From: Chrysomallon squamiferum
Lineage: Eukaryota; Animalia; Mollusca
DNA: 64,000 nucleotides
Reading direction: 5' to 3'
Assembly (NCBI GenBank): GCA_012295275.1
Contig: CM022668.1
Span: 8,618,001-8,682,000 of the forward strand
This document shows positions 40,947 to 54,943 of this stretch, one piece after another. The first letter of the stretch is position 1. Every line of letters starts with the position of its first letter. The position numbers and the translations under genes were made by a program. The notes below the pieces were generated by a model that saw nothing but the letters and a program-made list of their open reading frames with translations, was not told where the DNA came from and did not search any database.

Positions 40947-42123
40947 CGAAGAGAAAAAAGAATTAGAGAGATGCCCGATGTAATAATTGATTCTGCGTTT
41001 TATTTTTATGTGTGCGGAATACAAATATAGAAAGTGGCTGACAGAAGGTGTGCAAAAAACATTGTTTATTATGACAGTTATTATTACCAATGCGAAAAAG
41101 GTGATTACATCAAATGCATATTTAAAATATACACATACTCACTCACTGTGTGTGTGTGACTGCGTGTGTGTGTGAGAGATAGAAACAAAGAGATATCTGA
41201 TATTTTCAGAAATACAATTTTTTTTATAATTATTAAATATTAGTGATGATGTACGTGTGCGTATATCTGTGTGTGTGTCTGTCTGTGTTTGTGGTAATAA
41301 ATAAATGAATAAACAAAAAAATGAAAGGAGTGAGTTTTATCTATTTGTATAGAAAGTTGAATTAATAGATCAGCAAAAAAGCAACAACAAAACAAAACAA
41401 AAAAAGAAGAAAAAGAACAATATAAATCTTAATGTCAACAAAAAGAACAATAAAAATTACACACACACACACACATACACCAGACACAGACACACACACA
41501 AACACATACTCACACACACAGACACACACACATACACACAAACACACACGCACAAAAGCAATATTACTGCTACAAGTAACTGCAGAGCGGCAGTAGTAGA
41601 ATCAGTAGTGTTATCTGCCCGAGTTTTCTCTGGCGGACATTTTAATGGATGTCGCTGGCTCTATGCCAATACTTCACACTGCAAGAAGAAACCCGACACC
41701 CCTGTCATAAAGTGACGTATCGCGTGTATACGTACAAATAGATGGTACTAGTGAACTCGAAAATGACCGATCTAAAGGAATAAAAAGCCAAACTTATACT
41801 AGCCGGAATCTTTGCCAACCGTACGTTCACAAAGATTAGCCAAAACACATTACAGACCTGTCCATCCAGATGTCCGTCTGAGCTGTTCCACTCCAGCAGT
41901 CTCTCGGGCTAAATTATTACTAATAGTAGCAGTAATATCATTAGTACTGAACAGTAATAGTAATATATTACAGCAACTAGCACCTTCTGTTTTAGTAACA
42001 GTGGATTATTCTTTCTTTTCTTGTCATGTCATTCAAAGAAAGAATCATTACTGTAAGTTACAATAAAGCTGTTATTCAAGTAACAGGATTTATATATTGT
42101 TTTAGCCATTGTAGTTTTGGGTT

Positions 42124-42186
<63 letters not shown>

Positions 42187-42502
42187 TTATTCTTCCAGTT
42201 GGTGGAAAACTAAACCATAAAAAAAAAAAAAAAAAAAATGTATTCCCTCATTTGTTCATCAGTGTTTTATAACATAAGCCAATTAATTATTAACATAAGA
42301 TACGTGCTTGAGAACTTTTAAATATTTTAATTAAAACATTCCTTTTATAATTTTATTTTGTTATCTAACTTACATTATTTTGTCCTATGTTGCTTTCCTT
42401 CTGCTTTTATTTTTTGTCTCTCTCTGTTTTTTTTATATTATCCAGTGGTTTCAAACTAACGCATCGAGTCACGAACTGATATATACCAGATCTTTAGATT
42501 CA

Positions 42503-42542
<40 letters not shown>

Positions 42543-42756
42543 GTTATAATGATTTTATAAACACACATACCACACATCACACATACACAGACTCACTCAT
42601 ACACACACATACACACAAACACACACACACACACACACTAAGAGAGAGATCGAGAGATAGAGGGGTAGAGAGAGAGAAAGATTACGTTTGGAATATAAAA
42701 ATTAATGTTAGACAGAAGATACATATAAATAAATGTAAATGAGTTTTATATATATA

Positions 42757-42836
<80 letters not shown>

Positions 42837-42883
42837 ATAAATATATGTTAGTAATAAGAAACATTACCCATAACTTATTTCTA

Positions 42884-42914
<31 letters not shown>

Positions 42915-43502
42915 GTATGTATGTATGTATGTATGTATATATATACACATGCATCGATGCATACATGTATGTAGTGTATGTAATTACGCATGAACGTATA
43001 TATTTCTGTGTGTGTATGTATGTATGAATGTTTGTACGTACGTATGTAAGCATGTATACATATGTGTATGTATTTGTGTATGAATGTACGTCTGATTTGA
43101 CTCTACAGGTAGACAGCATTCGGAACGCACTGACCGAAGTACAGACCTGACCTCACAAATTATTGGAGGCCGCCGAGGAGCCTCGAAGGTATGGAACCCA
43201 TAACTACACACGTGTATGTATGCATTTGTATGAAACACTGTATGCATGAGACATTTAAAAGACGAGAATATTAATAATCACTAAATAAATTTGAAGAATA
43301 TATTTATTAAATATTTCATAATGAAGTAAATAATAAGAATAATACAAAAGAAAAGAAAAGAAAACGAAATACAAGAATGCAAACAATATAAAAGCTACAG
43401 TGAATATAATTTTATTTGAACTCATTTACGGATTGAAATATGCAAGTTGAATATTTCATAAACTGTTCACACAGGTGTTGTCACACAGTGCTTGATGTGC
43501 TG

Positions 43503-44114
43503 TCATCGCTGAAAAGAGAAGAGAAGAAAAAAGAGAAAAATATAAAACTAATAATTATGAAAACGAAAAAGAAATAGAAAAAAAGAACAAAAACAACAAC
43601 AACAATAATAAAAATAGTAATAATAATAGTAATTGTATATGATATGCTGTGTAAAAACATTCGTCTCTCTCTTTCTCTTTTCTCTCTCTCTCTGTCTCTC
43701 TCTCTCTGTCTCTCTCTGTCTCTGTGTCACTCACTTCCTCTCTCCTTCTTTCTCGCCTTCCTTCTCTCTCTCAAATTCTGTCTCCGTCTATCACTCACTC
43801 TACCTCTATTTCATCCCGTCCCTCCGTCCTTCTCAGTTCTCTCTCTCTCTCTCTCTCTGAACTGCAACTACAAACGTAAAACTTACTTCTAGCTGACAAC
43901 AGGGTCTTCTTCCATCGAGACATACGTACTTCTCGGTAAAGGATCCACCAAGTTGTTCACATTCATATATCTCATAATTGCAGTACGAAGTTATTGGGTT
44001 GTATTTGCATAGTGGTAGCAGACGTTTAGATCTTTCCATCCACAGCTTTTCTCTGTGCAATGGGTTGGCATGAGCTATTGCCATCAATACAACAATAACA
44101 GCAAGAGTAACCAT
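43503..44114 (-). CDS. P8: secreted six-Cys defensin-like prepropeptide (77 aa), signal and core on one exon
   Basis: Exon 44114-43887: MVTLAVIVVLMAIAHANPLHREKLWMERSKRLLPLCKYNPITSYCNYEIYECEQLGGSFTEKYVCLDGRRPCCQLE|gtaagt (phase 0). Terminal exon 43508-43503 (R*). RSKR furin site; AATAAA at 43416-43411. Confidence 0.87.
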
Positions 44115-44557
44115 AAAGAACTTAATGTTGCTTGTTCTATGCAGCTAAATTGGCGAAAAGAACTACTGGCGTGGCTGTTAAATAAAAAATGTTTTCGAAA
44201 TCTGGCCAGTGAGAGAGCCACTTTCGTACTAGAAATAATCAATATTACATGAATAATCATAATTATATTACATACGTTTATCTATGCCAACATTCCCCAT
44301 CGAAATCTTAAAAAATATGATTGAACAAAACTAGAACAAGGAGAAGACTAAGAGTTGCAAAGGGTTGGAAACTTTGTGGTTACGGAAATTTAAGGGTTTG
44401 AATACCACATACTTGAAATATGTGAACGTTTTATATATACGTACGTACCCTTATATTATAATTCATTATATTATAATAGTAGTAGTAGTAAGAGTAGTAG
44501 TAGCAGTAATTGTAGTAGTAGTATTAACAGTATTACTGTTGTTATTGTTACTGTTAC

Positions 44558-44594
<37 letters not shown>

Positions 44595-45033
44595 GTTATT
44601 ATTATTATTGTTCTTATTTCTGTTGTGATTATTATTATTGTTGTTATTGTTTTTAATGCTATTGTTGTTATTATTATTATTTTTATTATTATGTGTTTTA
44701 AATTAAGATTATACTGATACATATAAGAAATATAAATATTTACAGATTATCTCTATGCAATCTTCATATAACAGATTATATTATTTTTTCACTCCCTAGT
44801 CATATTTCATACAGTTGTTCAATTATTATTTTTATTAAATTAAGAATATACTAAACCACAGAAGAATCGTGTTTAATTGTAAATGTTTATAAGTGATCAG
44901 TTTGTTGAAATTAATGACTTATGAAATAATATACCTATTCAGTTTTATCTGCAAATTAAAACAATATACTGAACAAAGTTTTATAAAAAAGAAAGAAAAA
45001 TGCTTTCAATTACCACAGTAATGTAATAATCTA

Positions 45034-45248
45034 ATATTCAGTTTTGTTATCTTTAAAACGATATTAATATACTGAATATTGCCTAGATTATACAAGTATG
45101 ATAAGAGATCATTTAAATATTACTGCACTTTTTATACTCATATTCAGTTTTGTTATCTTTAAAATGATATTAATATATACTGAATATGAATATAAAAAGT
45201 GCAGTAAAATTTAAATTATCTCTTATCATGCTTATAATCTAGACAATG
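45034..45248. repeat. Inverted repeat (~70-bp arms) whose spacer duplicates the left flank
   Basis: 45078-45148 pairs imperfectly with 45179-45248; 45141-45188 directly repeats 45035-45079. Confidence 0.8.
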
Positions 45249-45459
45249 GTTAAAAAAAGGTAAGTTAATTACCAAAATAATATAATATTGTAACATACAT
45301 ATATACATGTGTACGTACAAAATATGAAAATGTAAAGATTTAAAATAGTAATGAAATATATTTTACAGATATATAACAAACAGTAAAAGAACTAACACGC
45401 TACTGAGAGTCTGCAGTGACGTATCCTACTAACATCTCGAACACTTTACTTGTTTCTTG

Positions 45460-45896
45460 TATTACTTAACCAATTTCAACAATTATGGAAAAATCAGACT
45501 GAAAAGTCTCCAAATGGTTTAAATTAAAAAAAAAAAAAAAAAAATGAACTGATATTAGAAAAATATCATACTTTGCTGTCTCAAAAGAATGCTGTCTTAT
45601 GTAAATTTAGAAGCGCAAATGCTAAACTTCCTATTGAAACTGGACAATGGTCTCCTGTTCTAAGAGAAAACAGAAAACGTCGTATCTGTAATTTTAACAA
45701 ACTTGGAGATGAATATCATAATATATTTGAATGTAATGATCCTATGTTATTAAATGCGAGAAAAGGTATACCAGATAAATATACGAGACATCCAAATGTA
45801 ATTTCATACAAATATTTGTTTAACAGTGAAAATGTATTAGTGTTAAAAAGCAGTTTGTTATTATATAGCTGTAATACATTCTTCTCTGTACTGTAA
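45460..45896 (+). mobile_element. Non-LTR retrotransposon (LINE) ORF2 3' remnant
   Basis: Translation KFRSANAKLPIETGQW…RRICNFNKLGDEYHNIFEC matches the LPIETGRW…CxxC…GDExH…C zinc-knuckle end typical of invertebrate LINE ORF2 proteins. Truncated and degenerate. Confidence 0.75.
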
Positions 45897-46082
45897 TCCT
45901 ACAATTTATGAGAATGAAGTCATTTTCATCAAAATCGGTGTATCAAAAAGTTTATTACTCCAAAGACTACATCGATCACACTACTGAGACCATATAAACA
46001 AAATATAACTTAGATGTTCTGTAGTGGCACAATCATATCAACTGTTGTTTAACTGGAACACTCACGCGTTAAGGACAGTTTT

Positions 46083-46159
<77 letters not shown>

Positions 46160-48040
46160 AAGAAGAAGAAACCATATGAAATAAATGACATTAAACTCTA
46201 ATTTTACTTTTTATTCAAACATGTTTTATTTTTTCGAATATTCTCATAAACTGTTTAAAGTAGCTTTATTACATAATTCCAGCAAATGTAACTGACTGTA
46301 TCTGACTGTATCTCTGTATATATAATATATAAATACATATATACGTTTGAAATGGTCATTTTTGAGTCTTTGTCTCTCTCACGAAATCATAAGCTAAATA
46401 ACAGGATAATATGTTTATTGTCTAAAAACGTCAAATAAAGATGATATGAAATTTTGTAATAATTCATCAGCAATCATTGAAAATCATGTATATTTGATTA
46501 GTGGAAAAGAAAACTATGTCAAAATATTTATTATTACTTGTTTATTTACATATTTACTTATTTGCTTATATATGTGTTTCTTTGTTTAATTACATATATT
46601 TTTGACAGACATGTATGAGCAGTTTAGTTTTTTTTTGTTCAAAATCTCTGAAACAAATATTAAAAATATGTAAATTTTCAGAAGTAAAAGTTTCTCGATA
46701 TGGGTTTATTTAAAGAAGAACGATAATTTCAAATATTATTGGAATATACATATACTTTATAAATACGAATACTGTCAAAGACCTTTACTGCTTCTGTCTG
46801 ACACTGTGTATGTGTCTGCTTATCCCTAATTTTTCCTTCTGGGTTCCATAAATAAGCGCGTTTTTAAAACAATTTTTTCACATTAAATTTCTCACATGTT
46901 AATTATATATTTCTGACAGATGCTTCGGATGTAAACCATATTTTATAAATAATATAACTGTTTTATAATACATATGATGTTTCATTCATAGGTGACAGTT
47001 TAATTTAAACTTATAAAAGAACTTTATGTTTATGTCTTATGTTTATGTTTAAGTATTTTTGGTTAATATTAGGAAAACAAACACCACCCATACCAAAAAG
47101 AAAAAGAAAAACAAGAGAAGAAACAAAGAAAAAAAATTAGCAGCAAACAAACAAACAGACAATACGTAGCTTTTTGCCATGGCTTAAGCACTAGAAAGAG
47201 CAATAAGAAAACGTACGTACTGGAAAACACAGCTTTCATAGAGATTTCTTTGGAACGAAAATGTGTAGGTTATATTTCTTTTCATCACATTCAACAAAAT
47301 TCGTACGTATTTTCGGCAGCTGAAATGATAGTACCAGATATAGTAGTAGATCTAGTAGTAGATCTAGTAGTAGATCTAGTAGTTACAGCTGTCTCTTTAG
47401 TCCACCCTGTAATTATTACTGTAACAGTTTCAATATTAATAACACTAGAACAGCAGATTCGTTGTTAATAAAAGTAGTTGGTAGTAGTACTAGTAGTAGT
47501 ATTATTAGCAGCAATAGTAGTAGCAGTAGTAAAAGTAGTAATAATGGTAGATTAGTATTAATAGTGGTAACAGTTATAAAAGACACAGTAATGCTTCTAT
47601 CATAGTCACGTAATTTCTGATAAAGTGTATTTTTTTATTCTTTCTCCTTCAGATAAAGGAGAATCACATATGTTATTGTTGTTTTGTTTTGTTTTCTTTG
47701 TTGTTTTTTCTTCTTCTTTCTTTTTTTTTTTAGTAAATACAAAAATATCAAACACAAACTATAACAAATAGTTTAAAACTCATTTGCTTCCAGTGCTCGT
47801 TAATAAATTAATATTTAATTAACATAAAATACATAATAGAGCTTTTCAAAAAATTTAATTAAAATATTCCTCCGTTTTATTTCTAATTTTCCTATTTTAT
47901 ATCTTTCTTCGGATATTGTTGGAATTTAACAGCACTTAATTTTTTTAATTTTTTCTTTTTTTATTTCCGTAGAAATCTAACTATGTTAGCAAGTCATGGA
48001 AGGCTTTGAACGTTTCAGGTGTTTTACACAGAATGCGTGC

Positions 48041-48366
<326 letters not shown>

Positions 48367-49897
48367 TATATACACATACATATTTTTTTTGCGAACCTCT
48401 TTCTTCAATACTGAAGGGGTAGAGGATAAATATACGAAGATAATTAACTGAAATTCACGAAGATAACTTAATTAATGTTTGCGAAGATAAATTAATTAAT
48501 GTTTACGAACATGTATTGTGTCTATGAAAGTAAACTGAAATTTTTGATCCTCTGTTGAAATTAAATGCCTACCGAAATACTCAAAGACTTACCAAGATAT
48601 ACCTTGTCCTGAAGATTAACCACAGTTTACAAGTTTTGTTTAGAAGCCTCAGTTGAAAGAACTCCGGATTTAACAAATAATGACTGAAATTTTATTTCTT
48701 CTTGTTTGAAATTATTTTGCCTGGGTGCGTTTCTTCTAAAATTTAAAAAGGTAAGAATTTATTTATGTCTGTATATATTAGGATTCGAGCGTGTATACAT
48801 ACGCACATAAAAACAAGAATATATATTACGTACATATATAAATATATATATACACAGACATAAAAATACACAAATATACACACACAGATAATTCGTTATT
48901 TATATGCTTTATTTACTTTAAATTTCTTTCTATAGGTTTTATTGTTATTTATTTAATTTTTTTGGATGTAAATAAATATATATAAAACAAATAAAAATAA
49001 GATAAATAAAAAAATAAAAAAATAAAAAAATGAAATAGAAAGTAAAAATAATACTGGACAGAAATCGATATTTTTATATATATATATCAGTGGCATCCCC
49101 AGCATTTGTGAAAGGGATGGCGGGAATCGGCGTAACTGGTGCAAATTAAACGAAGGGATGGTACAGAAAATGTTCAGGGTACAAGTACTTTGAACAATGT
49201 TCAAGTTACTTGTATGTCAAAAATACTCTTATAAATAATTGCATCAGATGCATTAACTGTTAACAAGTTTATTTGATTTGCAATTAAATAAAATCAAAGT
49301 GTCTGTTGCTGGCCTTTTGTCTGGTTGTTCTGTGAATTGTATTCTTTACATGAATATTTTTATACAAAATAATAACCTCCTGTATATATTGTATATACGT
49401 ATGTGAGAGTGTGTGTGTGTGTTTCTGTGTCTGTGTGTGTGTGTGTGAGAGTGTGTGAGAGTGTGTGTGTGTGTGTCTGTGTGTGTGTTTCTGTGTGTGT
49501 GTCTGTGTGTTTGTCTGTGTCTGTGTGTGTGTATGTCTGTGTGTGTGTCTGTGTGTGTCTGTCTGTGTGTATGTGTGTGTGAGAGTGTGTGTGTGTCACG
49601 CAATGTGATAATGAATACAGAATAGTCATGAGAATATGACGTTAGTTGGCGATGCGCTGGTGATAATAATTATGTTTATACTGAGCGGATCGAGCGCATA
49701 TCTGTTTTCGCAGGTCGAAGATATTTTAAAAAGTTATTTGTGTTTCTAGGATAAGATAATTATTATACAGTTAAACGTTAACAAAACTGTAGCGATCACT
49801 GAAATTCATGCGCAATAATTTAGCCACGCATCGTGAGTAGCAGCGAATTTGAGAGGAACTGGATTGCGACTCGTCGAAACGCGGTGATTTGTAAATG

Positions 49898-50625
49898 CGA
49901 CAGAATACAGTACATCTGTTTTGTTTAGAGACAGAATACAGTACATCTGTTTTGTTTAGAGACAGAATACAGTACATCTGTTTTGTTTAGAGACAGAATA
50001 CAGTACATCTGTTTTGTTTAGAGACAGAATACAGTACATCTATTTTGTTTAGGGACAGAATACAGTACATCTGTTTTGTTTAGAAACAGAATACAGTACA
50101 TCTGTTTTGTTTAGAAACAGAATCTGTTTTGTTTACAGAATACAGTACATCTGTTTTGTTTAGGGACAGAATACAGTACATCTGTTTTGTTTAGAAACAG
50201 AATACAGTACATCTATTTTGTTTAGGGACAGAATACAGTACATCTGTTTTGTTTAGAGACAGAATACAGTACATCTGTTTTGTTTAGAAACAGAATACAG
50301 TACATCTGTTTTGTTTAGAGACAGAATACAGTACATCTGTTTTGTTTAGAAACAGAATACAGTACATCTGTTTTGTTTAGAGACAGAATACAGTACATCT
50401 GTTCTGTTTAGAGACAGAATACAGTACATCTGTTTTGTTTAGAGACAGAATACAGTACATCTGTTTTGTTTAGAGACAGAATACAGTACATCTGTTTTGT
50501 TTAGAGACAGAATACAGTACATCTGTTTTGTTTAGAGACAGAATACAGTACATCTGTTTTGTTTAAATAAACAAACAAATAAGTACAAGGGACAGAATAA
50601 GTAATCTGTTTTGTTTAGGGACAAA
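49898..50625. repeat. 31-bp minisatellite
   Basis: Tandem gacagaatacagtacatctgttttgtttaga, about 22 units. Confidence 0.95.
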
Positions 50626-51007
50626 ATACAATCTATTTAGTAAGTAAGCAAACAAGTCAGTAAGTAAGTAACTAAGTAAATAAATAAATAAACAGAAAGA
50701 GAGATAGATAGATAAAAATGGAACAAAATAATAAAATTACTTAAAATTTTATAAAAATTCATTTCTTATAAATTATTATAAAAGTTGACGAATATTTTTT
50801 ATTATTATTTGGATGGAAAGAAATAAAGAAAACAAAATTAAAATAGAAAATAAAATAGAAAATTCTAAATAATGATGGACAGAATTCTAAATTTGAATAT
50901 TTTTTATTATATATATTAAAGAAAAAAATATATAGAAAATAAAATAGAAAATTCTAAATAATGATGGACAGAAATCTAAATTTTACTTATATATATTGAA
51001 AATATAT

Positions 51008-51090
<83 letters not shown>

Positions 51091-52070
51091 TTAATTTAAA
51101 CATTATTTTAAGTATATAGATAATTTATCTATTTTAGTAACAATACCATTATTCCCATGCTTGTGTTACAAAACTTACATTTATTGTAAGAATTATCTAT
51201 CGTAGACAAGCAATAATATTGTATGCTATTTACAGTACAGTTATTTTTATTTCATCTTTAACAATCGCTTAGAAACTGAGTTACTGAAGACCTGTCTGAT
51301 CTAAGTGAAGTGTGAGTCAGATGTTATTTAAAACACTCACATCAAATTTCTGTGCCGAAAATAAAAGAGAAAATCACTTAGTGTTACGTAAATAAATATA
51401 CCAAACGTCTCAACTTGACTAAGTGGCCACTGGTTCACGTTTGTTCCTAATTACAGTAACTCTATTAATTTTATCAATTTATTAATTTATTGTTTGAAGT
51501 TCAACATTTATTGACCCTGTTCATTACATTTCAGCTGTTTCTAGTTTTAGTTTTGTATTGTGTTACCCGTATTTTAAAATATTACATTTGATTATTGCCA
51601 TTGATTTATACTTTGAATTTCATCATTAGTGTAGCCTGATGTATTATATTTCATCATTACAGTAATTATGTACATTACGTCATCGCTATTCTTTACATGT
51701 ATTTAATTCATTTATTTTTGATTTGTTTGCTTGTTTACTTAATCATTCAGCAGGAATTCGTATCATGATTTCAATATTATAGAAAGAATGTTTAACGAAA
51801 ACCTCGCACGAAAAAGAAATCGGATATTAGGTGTCAGTTTTAAAACATCAAAGAGGTTCATTTATTTATAAAACTAAACTGTTACAACTATTCATTATAT
51901 GTCATTCCAAACAACGTTTTACAACAGCTCAAACAACAGTGACAGTAGTAGTAGCCTAATAGTAGTAGAATAGCCTAGTAGTTGTAGTAACCTAGTAGTA
52001 GAATAGCTCTAGAAGTAGGACTGCAAGTTATAATAATAAAAAAAAATATATATATGCATATTTGCATATA

Positions 52071-52664
52071 CAGTGGTAACTCGACTTACGAGTTTAATTC
52101 GTTTCGTGACCGAGCTCGTAACTCAATCTGCTGAAATTAATTGAAATACCATTAATCCGTTCCAGCCCCCAACGTGTTTTTAAATAAGAAAAACAAAATA
52201 AAAGAGAATGTAAAGAAATAAATTGGTTTTGTAAAGATCAGACAAATTATTTTAACGCCTTTGGCTGGAGTTACAGCCTATATCGATTCCTTCTGCTTCA
52301 GTATGGTACTACGCTCGAACTGCCTAGCCAAGTCGACTACATTCACACATTTCTGTTGCTTTTCTATGATTTCATGCTTTAATTCAATGGACTTCATCCG
52401 CTTCTTCTTTGCAATCACTTTCTTAGGATCCATGGTCAGAAAAAATACATTTGGCTAAATAGTGCACAAAACGCGAACACAAAACAAAGAGATGTTTCCA
52501 CGGCAGGTAACCGAGTGAAGTAAACGAGTGAGACGCGGGAGGCGTATCTGAGGCTCGCACGTAACTCGGATTTTGGCTCGGAACTCAAAGCAAAAATCGA
52601 CCAAGCGACTGCTCGTAACTCGAAAAACTCTTAAGTTGGGGCCTCGTAATTCGAGGTACCACTG
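52071..52664 (-). mobile_element. Internally deleted pogo/Tigger (Tc1/mariner superfamily) DNA transposon
   Basis: TIRs CAGTGGTAACTCGACTTACGAG and CTCGTAATTCGAGGTACCACTG, with TA on the left flank. The minus strand from 52433 encodes MDPKKVIAKKKRMKSIELKHEIIEKQQKCVNVVDLARQFERSTILKQKESI*AVTPAKGVKII, a CENP-B/psq-type HTH N-terminus of a pogo transposase with an internal stop. Confidence 0.9.
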
Positions 52665-52848
52665 AATATATGTATGTCTGTGTGTGTGGCTATGTATGTT
52701 TTTGTGTATTTTTATGTACCTACCCAACCACCTATTTACTTACCTACCGACCTACCTATGTACATTCATACATACATACACATATACTACATACGTATTG
52801 TAAAGTATATATAAGATAACCGAATTCTGGATCAAAATGAAATTAAAC

Positions 52849-52881
<33 letters not shown>

Positions 52882-52953
52882 TAATAATAACAATAATAAT
52901 AAAAACAATAATAATAACAATAATAATAAATAACAATAAACAATAATAATAAC

Positions 52954-53010
<57 letters not shown>

Positions 53011-53032
53011 TGAAATTCGTTTTTGTTTCAGG

Positions 53033-53442
53033 ATGTACGGACGGTTTCAGTTTTACTTTCTGTGCGCTTCCGCCGTCTTCCTCATCTTCTGCGGCTACAC
53101 CTACATCGTTTCCTTCAAACGTGATAAATGTATGTAAATTTTACATCATATCTCATATTAACACACACACACACACACACATACACACACACACTCATAC
53201 ACACACACAGTCACACATACACACACACACACACACACATATATATAAAAAGAAGAAAGAACTAAAAAAAAACGGTACAACAACAACAGGCTCCACAAAA
53301 TCAAGTCACCATTTCTACGACAACAACTATAACTACTCTTTTGCTATTGCTACTGTTACTGGTATTTTTGCTGTTCTTACAACAACAACAGCAACAACTA
53401 TTCTATTATTACTACTAGAACATCAACAACAGCAACAACTAT

Positions 53443-53478
<36 letters not shown>

Positions 53479-54830
53479 AGAAACTACAACTCTTGTGCTT
53501 CCTCTACTACTACGTGTTCTACACCTCCTCCTTCACCTCTATATCCATCATACAACTTCTCAGTAAGCCAGATTGTTATACAGCTTATTAGACACAGCTT
53601 GTAAAAAGAAGTAATCAGTTATTTTTATGTTGTTTTTGTTATACTTGGGTAATTAAATGTCCTTGCTGTGTTTATGTTAGCAAGTAAAGACATTTTTGTT
53701 TCTTATATTTATACTATCCTTTACACCTTTCAGATGCATCCACGGTATCGACGTCAGGTCCGAAGTGCGCTTGCACATTGCAGACCGAGTATAGTCAATG
53801 ACAGAAGAAAATACAAGACATATGCATGATAAAACCTCCTGGCAAAGTTGGCAAACAAATTATTTTCCACAATGACTATAACATCTCCTATTGCTCCGTA
53901 GCTAAGGCGGGATGTACATTCTGGATAAACATCTTCCGCTTCCTGTACAAAGAAACTGACAACGCTAAAGTTAGCTCCCCTAAGGAAATTCCCCGTATGA
54001 TTACGCATTACGAGAGAATGAAAAATATGAAATTTTACGATCTGCAGACTGGTGAGAAATTTTTACCCAACACATTTCGTTTTCTGTTCACTCAGGATCC
54101 GTATTCCAGACTCTGGTCAGCGTATGTGGACAAATTCCTGCTTCCGGATTACTGGTGTACTGAAGGGCGAAGGATTTTGGCTCGCAGGCCAAACGACGCA
54201 TCACAAGATACGAGAAATGGCTGCGCTAAGGACATTACGTTTATCGAACTCTTAAACCACATAACTCAAAGTATACCCGATAAACTAGATCCCCACTGGA
54301 GTCCCGTGAGCCTCATGTGTGACCCTTGCAGCTTCAAACCTGACGTCATAGGAACTATGGAAACGTTCGCAAAAGATGCCCATTTTATTTTGTCGCAAGT
54401 GAACCTGACCCATTTGTTAGGCGACTATAGCCATCAAGCCCACGTTGAACACGAATTAAAAATGTTGACTGAATATAATTTTGAGCTTCTGAACAGAAGG
54501 TACTGTAAACATTGTGTAAATAAAGAAGATATAGCAAATCGATTGTGGAAAGCGTTTCAGATAAATGGATACTTACCAGTCGATGTGCAGTTTCCCACAG
54601 ATCAATTAAAAGATATTAATTCTTCATCGTTCGTGAACCTTGTAACAAAGTATTACAGACAAAAATCGAAAACGTCAGCTGAGATAAAAGAACAGAGGAA
54701 AAAGGCCTTAATAGAAGCCTACAGAAAAGTTCCAAGAGAAATTTTGCAAAAAGTAAAATTCCTCTATGCCACGGATTTTTTAATGTTTGACTACGATCCT
54801 AATCCATCCTGGATGGAGTTTAATAGTTAA
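53033..54830 (+). CDS. Golgi carbohydrate sulfotransferase (HNK-1/CHST8-14, Sulfotransfer_2 family) with one in-frame TGA; possibly a null allele or young pseudogene
   Basis: Exon 53033-53129: MYGRFQFYFLCASAVFLIFCGYTYIVSFKRDK (type II anchor, phase 1). Exon 53734-54830 carries the 5'-PSB YCSVAKAGCTFW, the 3'-PB FLFTQDPYSRLWSAYVDKF, DPHWSP..CDPC, and the C-terminal LYATDFLMFDY. TGA at 53799-53801 (codon 55). Confidence 0.85.
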
Positions 54831-54842
54831 ACAAATGTGTTC

Positions 54843-54943
<101 letters not shown>

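Noticed and set aside
49636-49749. Signal-peptide-like short ORF MTLVGDALVIIIMFILSGSSAYLFSQ…
   Set aside because: No family start context, promoter motif, convincing donor or downstream Cys exon.
49898-50625. 31-bp repeats with partial internal dyad symmetry, CRISPR-like in length
   Set aside because: Head-to-tail units without unique spacers, no cas genes, eukaryotic context.
53033-54830. Idea that the sulfotransferase sulfates the Tyr-rich peptides
   Set aside because: Its motifs are those of carbohydrate sulfotransferases, not tyrosylprotein sulfotransferases; proximity alone is not evidence.
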